Of a stretch of 64,000 nt of DNA, positions 1 through 8,857 are shown piece by piece (position 1 is the first letter of the stretch; the number at the start of each line of letters is the position of its first letter). Under the pieces are notes generated by a model. The model was not told the DNA's origin, made no database searches, and worked only from the letters and a program-made list of their open reading frames with translations. This stretch comes from Terriglobia bacterium (GTDB lineage Bacteria > Acidobacteriota > Terriglobia > 20CM-2-55-15): positions 256,134-320,133 of the forward strand of contig CBDCFM010000018.1 of NCBI GenBank assembly GCA_965216035.1, read 5' to 3'. Made by a program: the position numbers and the translations under genes.

Positions 1-2
1 AG

Positions 3-1271
3 TTTTTAGACTTCAAGGAAACCAAGTATACGGCGGACGATCTGGATCCCCAGGCCGTAGCTGGAAACTCGGATTTCGTGTTGTCGAAGACACTCCTTCC
101 GAGAATGGACGTGTGGTCGCCGCATGCTGCTGTGGTCCGGGGGATGAAGGGCGTCGCGTTGGTGCACTTTCCGGCGCAATACCACGTACAGGCAGGTCGC
201 GCGTTCAATCCTGCTCTGGTCAGGGAGATTCCGGCCCTGGGCAGCGTCATCGCCAAGGACCTCGAGCCCCAGCGCCGGGAGTCGGATACATTCCCCACCT
301 ATATCAGTTTCGATCTGGACATTGCCCGCTGCCCCCCGCTCGGAACCGGGATGTTGCCGCCTAAATACGCCGGCCTCGATCTGACCACGGGCACGATCCT
401 GGAAACCTTCGGCGGCGGGGGTGGGGGTTCCGAGCAATCGGAGGTGTTGTCCGAACGCTATGAAACTCTCGGCCGGATGTTGGAAGTTTCATCGGTGAGA
501 AATGATGCTTTAGGCTCGAAGGCCGGCGAGTACGCGTCATCCTACGATTCGGCCATCCAACTCTTGATGGATCCGAGGTTTCAGCAGGTACTGAATGTGA
601 CGGACGAGGAAAAGCAGCGCTATGGGGTGGATGCGAATCGCGCCCGGGCGAACTTTGGTTTAGGCATGCTGCTGGCCCGGAATGTACTGAAAGCCGACGC
701 CGGCGGCCGATTCTTATGGGTCTGCAACTCCACCAATGGCGGAAACGGTCAATTCGACAACCACGACGTTCTCTACGACCGGGAAGCGCCTCTAACTGCC
801 GGCCGCGTATCCGTATACCAGAGCCTCCCCAGGTTTGATATGGCGCTGGCGAGTCTGGTTGAAGATCTGATCGCCATGCCGGGCCACGAAGCCGGAAAGA
901 CGGCGTTTGATGAAACCCTGATTGCAGTGGTCACCGAATTCGGGCGCACGCCGGACATGAACCCGCACGGCGGCCGCGATCACTATATTGAGACTTACCC
1001 CATGATGTTAATGGGCGGAGGCGTCAAGGGCGGACGGGTCCTGGGCAAGACGGACGAAACGGGTGGCAGAGTGGTCGAAACCGGCTGGAACTATAGAGAA
1101 CAGACCATGATGGATCACATGACGTCAACCATCCATTCGGCCTTAGGCACCGATTACAGCAGCGTCATCGAGGACACGCCGTCCGGACGCGCCTACGAGT
1201 ATCAGCAGACCGCTCCACTGGGTGGCCCTGGGTTCATCCCTCTGAGCGCATTCGAGGATCTATTCATTTAA
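3..1271 (+). CDS. DUF1501 domain-containing protein (sulfatase-like fold), 5'-partial at window edge
   Basis: Frame is open from nt 3 with no upstream stop. C-terminal block FGRTPDMNPHGGRDHYIETYPMMLMGGGVKGGRVLGKTDE matches the DUF1501 hallmark (EFGRTP...GRDH...GGG.KGG). The N-terminus (expected Tat signal) lies outside the window. Confidence 0.7.
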   Translation, partial: FLDFKETKYTADDLDPQAVAGNSDFVLSKTLLPRMDVWSPHAAVVRGMKGVALVHFPAQYHVQAGRAFNPALVREIPALGSVIAKDLEPQRRESDTFPTYISFDLDIARCPPLGTGMLPPKYAGLDLTTGTILETFGGGGGGSEQSEVLSERYETLGRMLEVSSVRNDALGSKAGEYASSYDSAIQLLMDPRFQQVLNVTDEEKQRYGVDANRARANFGLGMLLARNVLKADAGGRFLWVCNSTNGGNGQFDNHDVLYDREAPLTAGRVSVYQSLPRFDMALASLVEDLIAMPGHEAGKTAFDETLIAVVTEFGRTPDMNPHGGRDHYIETYPMMLMGGGVKGGRVLGKTDETGGRVVETGWNYREQTMMDHMTSTIHSALGTDYSSVIEDTPSGRAYEYQQTAPLGGPGFIPLSAFEDLFI

Positions 1272-1275
1272 GACT

Positions 1276-2064
1276 ATGAAGCAACTCATTGCATTGACGA
1301 TTCTTTGTTACGTCTGCGCCCCGTTGCCAATCGCGGCGCAGACGGCGCCGGAAGGCATGGAGCTGATTCAGTCCGGTGAATTCTGGATGGGCCGGAGCCA
1401 CACCCTCTGGCGGGATGGACAGGATTCGGTTCCGCGGGCCAAGATGGACGACAGGCCGGCGAACCTGGTCCACATAGACTCGTTCTACATGGACAAGTAC
1501 GAGGTAACGAATACGGACTACGCCTCATTCGTCGAAGCGACGGGCACCGAGCCACCCTGGCACTGGCATGGGGGCAATATCCGTGAAGGCCTGGAGACCC
1601 AGGCCGTGTTCAACGTCAACTGGTATGAGGCGGAAGCTTTCTGCAATGCGGCCGGTAAACGCCTGCCCACGGAAGCGGAGTGGGAGAAAGCGGCGCGAGG
1701 GGGACTGGATCGGCAGCCTTATCCATGGGGGTATAAGGCCGACTATGAAAGCGGAGCCTTTGGGGGTACAGGGGCTCACGCTGTCGGGGCGCATCCTCCG
1801 AACGGCTACGGTCTCCACGACATGGCCGGAAACGTCCTGGAGTGGACCAATGACTGGTATGACCCCACTTACTATCCCTTCATGCCGAAGGTGAATCCGC
1901 AGGGGCCGGAGAACGGCCTGTACAAAAGTACTCGCGGTGGCGGTTGGACGGTTGGGGGCCGGGGCGGCGCTGGTGAACGGGCGTCGAATTTTCACCGTAA
2001 CTTCAGCGATCCCGAACTCCGTGGCCTCACAATAGGTTTCCGCTGCGCAACGTCCGTGAACTGA
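1276..2064 (+). CDS. FGE-sulfatase domain protein (SUMF1/EgtB/PvdO family), secreted
   Basis: Signal peptide MKQLIALTILCYVCAPLPIAAQ. Motifs WMGRSH, YMDKYEVTNTDYASFV, NVNWYEAEAFCNAAGKRLPTEAEWEKAARGG, GNVLEWTNDWYD and RGGGW...FRC are typical of the formylglycine-generating-enzyme fold. Confidence 0.8.
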   Translation: MKQLIALTILCYVCAPLPIAAQTAPEGMELIQSGEFWMGRSHTLWRDGQDSVPRAKMDDRPANLVHIDSFYMDKYEVTNTDYASFVEATGTEPPWHWHGGNIREGLETQAVFNVNWYEAEAFCNAAGKRLPTEAEWEKAARGGLDRQPYPWGYKADYESGAFGGTGAHAVGAHPPNGYGLHDMAGNVLEWTNDWYDPTYYPFMPKVNPQGPENGLYKSTRGGGWTVGGRGGAGERASNFHRNFSDPELRGLTIGFRCATSVN

Positions 2065-2169
2065 CTGTAGTTTTTCCCTGCGCAAGATCCGACGGCTTCA
2101 CAACGTTGAATTCACGATAGGGTCTCGCTGCCTCTATTCACAAACAGGATTACGTAAGGAAGTGGCCGT

Positions 2170-2769
2170 ATGGGTCGATTGACTGTACAGACTGTGTTCT
2201 CGCTCTTTGCCGCTGTTGCCGTTCAAGCGCAGAATCCACCTGAAACACCCCCTGCCGAGGCCGGGCCCGATATCGTCCAGATGGCGGTGGAGTGGGTGGA
2301 TCGACTGAACAGGCTAGACGAGTGGACCATATCCCTGGATGGCAGGGAAACGGGAGTTGAGGAGCGTGTCGACAGTTTTATCGAACTATTTGCTCCCAAT
2401 GTGCTTGCGCAAGTACCGCCACACGATGAAAAACAGATTGGCCCGGTTCTGCTCCGCGGCAGCGATCAGCTCCGGCTATGGGTCGACAAGGTAGCAAGAT
2501 CACAAGTCGATATCGACTATAAACTCCAACTCCAGACGCAGAGTGAAATCGAAGGGGAGCCGATGGTCTACTCCAAGTCATTGCCCTGGGGCGGACTGGG
2601 TCTTTCGTTTCGAGTCAATGCAAACCATACGGCGCGTCACGACCGCACGACCTACCTGGAATACGGAGCGGTGTTCCTGCAGTATGACGAGGAAGGGAAG
2701 ATCCAGCGCATACGTCTCCTTCTGTCTGAGAAATCCGAGGTTGTTGACAGCCCGGGTGACCAGATATAG
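2170..2769 (+). CDS. hypothetical secreted protein
   Basis: 199 aa ORF with N-terminal signal peptide (MGRLTVQTVFSLFAAVAVQAQ). AGGA-like RBS (aaggaag) a few nt upstream. No recognisable domain. Confidence 0.45.
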   Translation: MGRLTVQTVFSLFAAVAVQAQNPPETPPAEAGPDIVQMAVEWVDRLNRLDEWTISLDGRETGVEERVDSFIELFAPNVLAQVPPHDEKQIGPVLLRGSDQLRLWVDKVARSQVDIDYKLQLQTQSEIEGEPMVYSKSLPWGGLGLSFRVNANHTARHDRTTYLEYGAVFLQYDEEGKIQRIRLLLSEKSEVVDSPGDQI

Positions 2770-2996
2770 CCGCGCACCCTGCCGGGTTCAGATCCGCGGA
2801 CGAAGACTGCAGATTGAAGACATACAGACGCGCCTGCCTGAATCCGCGGACGCATTCCTCACCTGAAACCCCGGTTCGAGTTCTCACAGGGGTCGTTTCC
2901 CTTGATTTTTCTTTCCCCCAGAGCGTGCGATCACGGCCTGGCAGCTCTGCAAATTTAAGCTTGGGTAAGAGGGCTTGAGTAACGCTCAAACCACCC

Positions 2997-3854
2997 TCAA
3001 CGACTACTCGTTCCTACGTCGATGCCCTGACTCTCTGGGCCGACCGCGGGTCTCAATACGGACTCGATATAGTCGATGGAGTCGGAGGGTACGCAGAAAT
3101 ACTCCCCAATCTCGGTTTCGGGACTCCGCAACAGGTTTCCAGTGGTCACCCACGGTTCGGTGAACGTCTTCGGGTCGGTGATCGTCAACGTGACTTCGAT
3201 TGTGTTGTAGTCCGCGCGCCTGTAGCGCTCCTCGGTCCGCAACGCATCACTGTGGGTGTATCCAAATCGGCGATCCTGCCGATTCTCGGTCAGCCATGAG
3301 CGCTCGTCGAAACCACTCGACTCTACGACGAAGGTGTCCCCCTCCCATCGGCCGACTGAGAATCCCATCCACCGTGGATCTGGATCTTCGGGAAGAGGGC
3401 GCCCGTCTGTCCAGATCGTCCGAAACGTGTGGCCCCATTCAAGGAACTGGATCACCCGGTCAGGTGCGTGAAGAAACTCGAATCCGTAGTTGTAAGTGAA
3501 CCAGCGCGGCCAGCCTTGCGGATCACAGATCAGCATGGGGTCTTTCGAATTCGAAAGCGCCTGCCCACCGGCCGTTTCCTCCGCCTGCGTGGCCTCGTAC
3601 CTCGCCTGTCCGTCCGGCGTCATAGGCGGCGCATTCCGGTTGAGTTGGATGCGGTTCTGGCCCCATACGCCCGACAGGTCACGCGGATTGAACGTCAGGT
3701 TCGCCGTCGCCCCGCGAAACGTCTCCCTGTTGGCGTTAGTCTGGCAATTTGGGCAGGTCAACCACCCGGGATACAGCTCCTGGGCCGCCGTAACAGACGG
3801 AAACGCCATTACGGCCACCAGCGCAACGATCAAACCTATAGTGCATTGTCGCAT
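2997..3854 (-). CDS. hypothetical secreted protein, family A (copy 1 of 3 paralogs)
   Basis: Signal peptide MRQCTIGLIVALVAVMAFPSVTAAQ. Shares a conserved C-terminal block (WEGDTFVVESSGFDERSWL...DPKTFTEPW) with ORFs 44737-45597 and 62613-63360. Confidence 0.6.
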   Translation of the reverse strand: MRQCTIGLIVALVAVMAFPSVTAAQELYPGWLTCPNCQTNANRETFRGATANLTFNPRDLSGVWGQNRIQLNRNAPPMTPDGQARYEATQAEETAGGQALSNSKDPMLICDPQGWPRWFTYNYGFEFLHAPDRVIQFLEWGHTFRTIWTDGRPLPEDPDPRWMGFSVGRWEGDTFVVESSGFDERSWLTENRQDRRFGYTHSDALRTEERYRRADYNTIEVTLTITDPKTFTEPWVTTGNLLRSPETEIGEYFCVPSDSIDYIESVLRPAVGPESQGIDVGTSSR

Positions 3855-3908
3855 TTCTTTTACTCCCTAATACTCCCTAATGGTAGTGTCCAACACCAAC
3901 CGCCAAAT

Positions 3909-4307
3909 CTAGTCCCCGGGTTCCCGATCCACCATGACAGTGCCGTCGGTCAGCACCATCTTGACCAGTTCACCTTGAGGCGTCCCTGCCGTAGCTGGAA
4001 TGATTGTGAATGTGCCTTCCTGTCCAGCCTGAAAGGTTCTTCTACTTAGCCCCTCGCTCATCATCGAGGTGGTGGAAGACATTTCGCCGGTCCACGCCAC
4101 AGCATTACCGTGTTCGTCGGTCACATCCCAGACAAGGTAAGTGTGCGGGTTTCGCCATCTCCATTCCGAAACAACACCCGTCATCTCGACGCGCCGGTCA
4201 GTATCGTAGATCCCCGCGCGGCCATGGTGGGCTGCGGCCAGACCCCCAAAAACGACGACCAACATCACAGCCAGCACCACCGTGGCCCAAACACGCTTGA
4301 TTCTCAT
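3909..4307 (-). CDS. small secreted protein, family B (copy 1; DUF6152-like by memory, unverified)
   Basis: 132 aa, signal peptide. Conserved AHHG...YD...TGVVSEWRWRNPHTYLVWDV motif, shared with 44129-44560 (AHHSFAAQYD...QVTELQWRNPHIYLFVDV). Lies immediately upstream of family A copy 1 on the same strand. Confidence 0.55.
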   Translation of the reverse strand: MRIKRVWATVVLAVMLVVVFGGLAAAHHGRAGIYDTDRRVEMTGVVSEWRWRNPHTYLVWDVTDEHGNAVAWTGEMSSTTSMMSEGLSRRTFQAGQEGTFTIIPATAGTPQGELVKMVLTDGTVMVDREPGD

Positions 4308-4463
4308 TGACGCCTCCTAAGCGATATGAAATTTGCTTGTAAATGCTGTAGGTATTCCACTACTAAGCTCCACGGGTTGTCAAGCGATTGTCAGCAGGGA
4401 AGCCCCTGAAGCAGTGAAGTCCCCAGCAACGACCGCTCTGGGCCTCCCAGTTTCCGTCTGGTT

Positions 4464-5468
4464 CTACTTAGGGCGCCCCATATACCCTTGAGCCAGCATC
4501 GGGATCTTGTAGATGGTCTTGGCATTGTTCCGGATGCCTTCGGCGGGCGCGAACTCCTGTCCGTTGGGCGCGAGGGCGCCTCCGGTAGTGATGTAGAGCA
4601 TCCTCTTGTCGGGTCCGGCGAAAGCAAGGCTGGCAGCATTTCGCGGTGTGGAAATCGTGCCGAGGTAGGATCCCCCCGGGCTGTACACCTGGACACCTTC
4701 CCGTTGCGTTGCGACATAAAGGCGGCTGGCTCCGTCGACAGCCAATCCGTCGCCGTTGCCGGCCTGGAGGCGTACGAAATCACGTCGATTGCCGACCGTG
4801 CCGTCCGCCCTGACGTCGAAAGCCACGATCACCTCCCGGTTCGTCGCATACAGCGTCCTTTCGTCCGGGCTGAGCGTGATCCCGTTGGAGCGGACATCGG
4901 CGTCAATGCCAACGGCTTGCCCACCATTCGGAATGTAGTAGGGCGTGCCCCCGCTGAAAAACACAGTCCCCGTCGTTGCAACCACGAGGTCATTGAGTCG
5001 CGCCAGAGGCCGGCCGTCGACGTTGTCCGCCAGGACCCGGCGCTCCCCTTCGGGATAGATGATAGATACCTTCGTTGGCTCGTCGCACGGAAGCGGTGCC
5101 CTCCCGGGGTCGGTACATGTCCGTTGAACGGCAATCAGGCGGCCTGCGGAGTCCATTCCAACGGAACCGGCTCCGTGTGTGTCCTTCACATGAGCGGAAT
5201 CGAAGTCGTTTCCGTCCAGCATCCGAATCGTACTGGGTTGCTCCTGCGCGAACAACACGTTGCCATCGGGTGTCCCCAGGATGCCGTCGGCATTGTCAAA
5301 GCCCTGCCAGGCCTGTTGCCATGTGGCCCCCGATGCGATGACGCCGGGAATCCCTTCTTCTACGGTCATGTCCCTGGGGAGTTTCTCCTGCGCTTCGGCA
5401 GGCAGGGTCAAGACGAGGGCCAATCCGCACAGGCACGATGCGATGGCGATTATTAATCTCGGTTTCAT
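4464..5468 (-). CDS. SMP-30/gluconolactonase/LRE-like beta-propeller protein, secreted
   Basis: Signal peptide MKPRLIIAIASCLCGLALVLTLPAEA. Repeated propeller-blade motifs (GITLSPDERTLYATN, DGLAVDGASRLYVAT, YITTGG). 334 aa. Confidence 0.65.
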   Translation of the reverse strand: MKPRLIIAIASCLCGLALVLTLPAEAQEKLPRDMTVEEGIPGVIASGATWQQAWQGFDNADGILGTPDGNVLFAQEQPSTIRMLDGNDFDSAHVKDTHGAGSVGMDSAGRLIAVQRTCTDPGRAPLPCDEPTKVSIIYPEGERRVLADNVDGRPLARLNDLVVATTGTVFFSGGTPYYIPNGGQAVGIDADVRSNGITLSPDERTLYATNREVIVAFDVRADGTVGNRRDFVRLQAGNGDGLAVDGASRLYVATQREGVQVYSPGGSYLGTISTPRNAASLAFAGPDKRMLYITTGGALAPNGQEFAPAEGIRNNAKTIYKIPMLAQGYMGRPK

Positions 5469-6026
5469 AAGTCCTCCAGATTTCTAGTAATAGCTGGCCG
5501 ACATCCAGCCGCCACATCCATTGTAAACAAATGGAACGGGATATCTACCCGACAACCATCATCGACGCCGACAGCGGCCGCAACTACACGATTGTGACGG
5601 GCCGAGACGACAACTATATATGACGGCGGGAGACTTTATGCGGTGCCGACACCCGCCCCCTAACCTTCATTGCGACAGGACACTGGTTTTGACGCTCCTC
5701 CTCATCTAAGCGGGCTACGCGCTATAATTGGGGGTCTGCCTGCTGAAATGTGCTTTGGGTCACATATGCTTCCTGGGATCGGTGGCGCGAAACCCGTTCC
5801 GGGACTTCAACAGGACCGGCTTTTCGTGGGCCTGGACTATAAAACCGGCTGCTGGAGGTCGACCCGATTCCGACGACTCCTCGAGCGATCGTTGGACGGA
5901 GACTGGGCGGGACGAACCTGGAAACCGTTTCTCATGGGGACGGCTGCGACGATTGCGACGACTGCCACGACTGCATCAACGGGCGAAGCCACAGGGCAAG
6001 GTCACAGACGACACGGGACTTGGAAT

Positions 6027-8474
6027 ATGAATCTCGCTTGGGCCGCTGTTTTGGGAATCTTTCTCGCCGCCCCGACGGCCTTCGGACAGTTGACCGCCCG
6101 CAACCCCGTCGACGAGTTGAAAGAACAAGTCACAAATGCGCTGGCCGATGCACGGGTACCTCTCACCTCGGATCAGGAAAGACAGTTGGCGCTGCTGATC
6201 GAAGAGGAGCGTCAGGCTGCGGAAAACCTTTTTGGCGTCACGTGGGATTTCAGTGAAGGACCGCCGCAGGGCGAACAGCGCGATCAGGCGCTGGCCGGTA
6301 TTCGCTGGATGTACGACGAACTCAAGATCAAGCTTCCTGCCTATATGACCTTGGCGCAGCGAGCCGCCTGGGAAAGCTACGAGAGCGAACGGGCCTCTGA
6401 TATTGACGACTTCCTGGACCCCGGCACTCAAAGGGGAAGAATTCAGCAGATCCGCGTGACCAACAACGCCTTCAATGTCGAGACGGCTAACGCAACCGGC
6501 GCGAGTGGCCCGACCGGTGGGGGCGCGAAAACGGAAGTGATCGAACGCGGCGGAGTGGGTGCCTTTCACGGTAGCTTTGCCTCGACGTTTCAAGACGAGT
6601 CGCTGAACGCCAGAAACCCGTTCGCCGCTAACAAGCCACCCTACTATGAACGGACAATCGACGGGAACATCAGCGGTCCCGTTATTCGCGACCGGCTCTC
6701 GCTCAACTTCACTGTGAGCGACAACAGGCGGGAGAACGTTGGGACCGTCAAGGCGGAAACTCCGGACGGGCCGTTTTCCCTCGGCGTCACCCGGCCGACG
6801 GTAAACCGATCCTACGACGTCCGGAACCTCCTGCAGCTTACCAACGCTCATTCGCTGGACATGGGTTTCCAATACGCTACGAGTGACAGCCGGAATGAAA
6901 ACGTTGGCGATTTCTCGCTACCCGAACGCGCTTCCCGCACACAATTGCGGAACCACATGATCGATATCCGGGAAATCTGGATACTCTCGGACCGAAGCGT
7001 GCATGACGTTCGCTTCAAATGGCATAGAGACCATAGCGAGACGAATCCAGCCAGCAACGCGCTGGCAATTACGGTCAAGGACGCTTTCAATGGGGGCGGC
7101 GCACAGAACCGGACACGGATTGACGGGGATACCTATGAATTGTCCAATCTGATCTACTATGCCGGTGACACGCTGACGATGCGGAGCGGGGTGCAGGCCT
7201 GGCACCGGCGCGAACGTTTTTTTTCTGAAGACAACTTCTCTGGCGAGTTCACTTTTTCGGATCTTGCGAGTTTCCGGGCAGGAAATCCGCTCAAATATAG
7301 GATTTCGTGTTGCGATCCCCTGTTTCGAATGAGCCAGACACAAGTGGCGTTCTTCTCTCAGAGCGATCTCAAGTTGACCAACACATTCACGCTGATGCTG
7401 GGTGTGCGCTACCAATTTCAAACCAACATTGGGGATCGGAATAACTTTGATCCACGGATCGGGTTCGCGTACGCGATTGGTAACGCGACTGTCATCCGCG
7501 GGGGAGTCGGGGTTTTCACTCAATGGGTCCGCGCCGACGATATTCGAAGGTTTCGTCGCGTGGATGGCGACCGACTTTATGAGATCCAGATTGACAACCC
7601 AGGGTGGCCAGACCCGTTCGCATCGGGCAGCATCCGCCCTCGATCCCGACGTGTGCTGGACCCTGACATCAGATCAGCGTACTACCTGACTTCACAGGTC
7701 ACGCTGGAGCGCAGCCTGCCCAAGAACATGTTTGTCACCTTGTCCTACGATATAAATCGCGGCCTCAGGCCGGTACGAACCCGGGACATCAATGCGCCGC
7801 TTCCGGAAACCGGCATCCGACCCTTGCCTGACCAGGGCCAGATCGTTCAACTCCAGGGAACTGGTTTGTCATTGCAGCAGCACCTCAAGGCGACCATGCG
7901 GCAACGTTTCAGCATCTTCAGTGTTACCGCAAGCTACACGTACTTCCACGGTAACTCCGACCAGGAGGTCGATGCCCGGAGGGGACGCGAATTAGCGTTG
8001 CCTGCCAATAGCTACGACCTTTCTCAGGAATGGGGGAATACCGGCCGGCCGAGCCACATGTTCGGTGCGGGCGTGAACTCGAGAATGCCCTTGGATGTTT
8101 ACCTGACCACGGCAATCCATGCGAGCAGTGGAAGCTATTACACGATCACGACCGGTAGGGACGACAACCAAGATGGTGCAATCAATGACCGGCCGCCAGG
8201 GGTTCCCAAAAATAGCGAGGTCGGGCCCCACTTCTTCGACGTCAGCTTCAACATCTCCAAGGCATTTGAATTGAACCGCGGAGGTGGCCTTCAGGGCGCA
8301 TCCAATGCGGCAGGCTCCGCGCCCCAGCTGAACGTTTTTGCCAACCTCAACAACGCGTTCAACATGACACACCCTGGAAGACCCAGCGGCGTGATGACGT
8401 CTCCCTTTTTCATGAGGTCCTTCAACGCCACCTCACCGCGTACGATCGAAGTCGGAATGCGATTCCAGTTCTGA
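6027..8474 (+). CDS. TonB-dependent receptor-like outer-membrane protein with a helical N-terminal extension (paralog 1)
   Basis: ORF track start at 5670 rejected. The signal peptide MNLAWAAVLGIFLAAPTAFGQ begins at the in-frame ATG at 6027. Plug-like motif GAFHGSFASTFQDESLNARNPF, a long beta-barrel region and a C-terminal ...RTIEVGMRFQF with terminal Phe. Close paralog of 47217-49634. Confidence 0.75.
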   Translation: MNLAWAAVLGIFLAAPTAFGQLTARNPVDELKEQVTNALADARVPLTSDQERQLALLIEEERQAAENLFGVTWDFSEGPPQGEQRDQALAGIRWMYDELKIKLPAYMTLAQRAAWESYESERASDIDDFLDPGTQRGRIQQIRVTNNAFNVETANATGASGPTGGGAKTEVIERGGVGAFHGSFASTFQDESLNARNPFAANKPPYYERTIDGNISGPVIRDRLSLNFTVSDNRRENVGTVKAETPDGPFSLGVTRPTVNRSYDVRNLLQLTNAHSLDMGFQYATSDSRNENVGDFSLPERASRTQLRNHMIDIREIWILSDRSVHDVRFKWHRDHSETNPASNALAITVKDAFNGGGAQNRTRIDGDTYELSNLIYYAGDTLTMRSGVQAWHRRERFFSEDNFSGEFTFSDLASFRAGNPLKYRISCCDPLFRMSQTQVAFFSQSDLKLTNTFTLMLGVRYQFQTNIGDRNNFDPRIGFAYAIGNATVIRGGVGVFTQWVRADDIRRFRRVDGDRLYEIQIDNPGWPDPFASGSIRPRSRRVLDPDIRSAYYLTSQVTLERSLPKNMFVTLSYDINRGLRPVRTRDINAPLPETGIRPLPDQGQIVQLQGTGLSLQQHLKATMRQRFSIFSVTASYTYFHGNSDQEVDARRGRELALPANSYDLSQEWGNTGRPSHMFGAGVNSRMPLDVYLTTAIHASSGSYYTITTGRDDNQDGAINDRPPGVPKNSEVGPHFFDVSFNISKAFELNRGGGLQGASNAAGSAPQLNVFANLNNAFNMTHPGRPSGVMTSPFFMRSFNATSPRTIEVGMRFQF

Positions 8475-8857
8475 ATGCTACTTTCACGACTCCCGCCCAA
8501 CGAGGCCGCCAGCGAAGCTCGCCAGCGTCTGATTCAGCAGACGAGTGCGTTCTGTAGGACCCAGAGCAGGGTCCAGGTTGGCGTGTTTTCTCCGACGGGG
8601 GGCTGGGCGGAAATCGGAATGTAAAGAAACAGGCGAATTTACTTGCGAGATCACGACTTCTGGACACACCATAGTGGCGTCTGGAGTTCAGCTCCGGGCG
8701 CGAGGCCTGATCAGTCTGCTGTTTTTTGCCTGACATCCAGATCGGTAGCGGAGGGCAACAGACCGACGGGCCGATGACGTGCAGCAATTCGCGCCTGCGT
8801 GGAGTGGGTGAGGATTCGCTGACAACCTGCAAATCCAGTTTCGTGTAGGAGGCTCTT

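Noticed and set aside
6-437. 143-aa minus-strand ORF
   Set aside because: Lies antisense inside the DUF1501 gene. Composition typical of spurious GC-rich antisense frames.
4488-5456. 322-aa plus-strand ORF
   Set aside because: Antisense to the SMP-30-like gene. Arg/Gly-rich junk composition.
5670-6026. 119-aa N-terminal extension of the TonB-receptor ORF given by the ORF track
   Set aside because: No signal peptide at that start and no RBS. A canonical signal peptide begins at the in-frame ATG 6027. The paralog starts at the equivalent position.
5976-7523. 298-aa and 201-aa minus-strand ORFs
   Set aside because: Antisense within TonB-receptor paralog 1.
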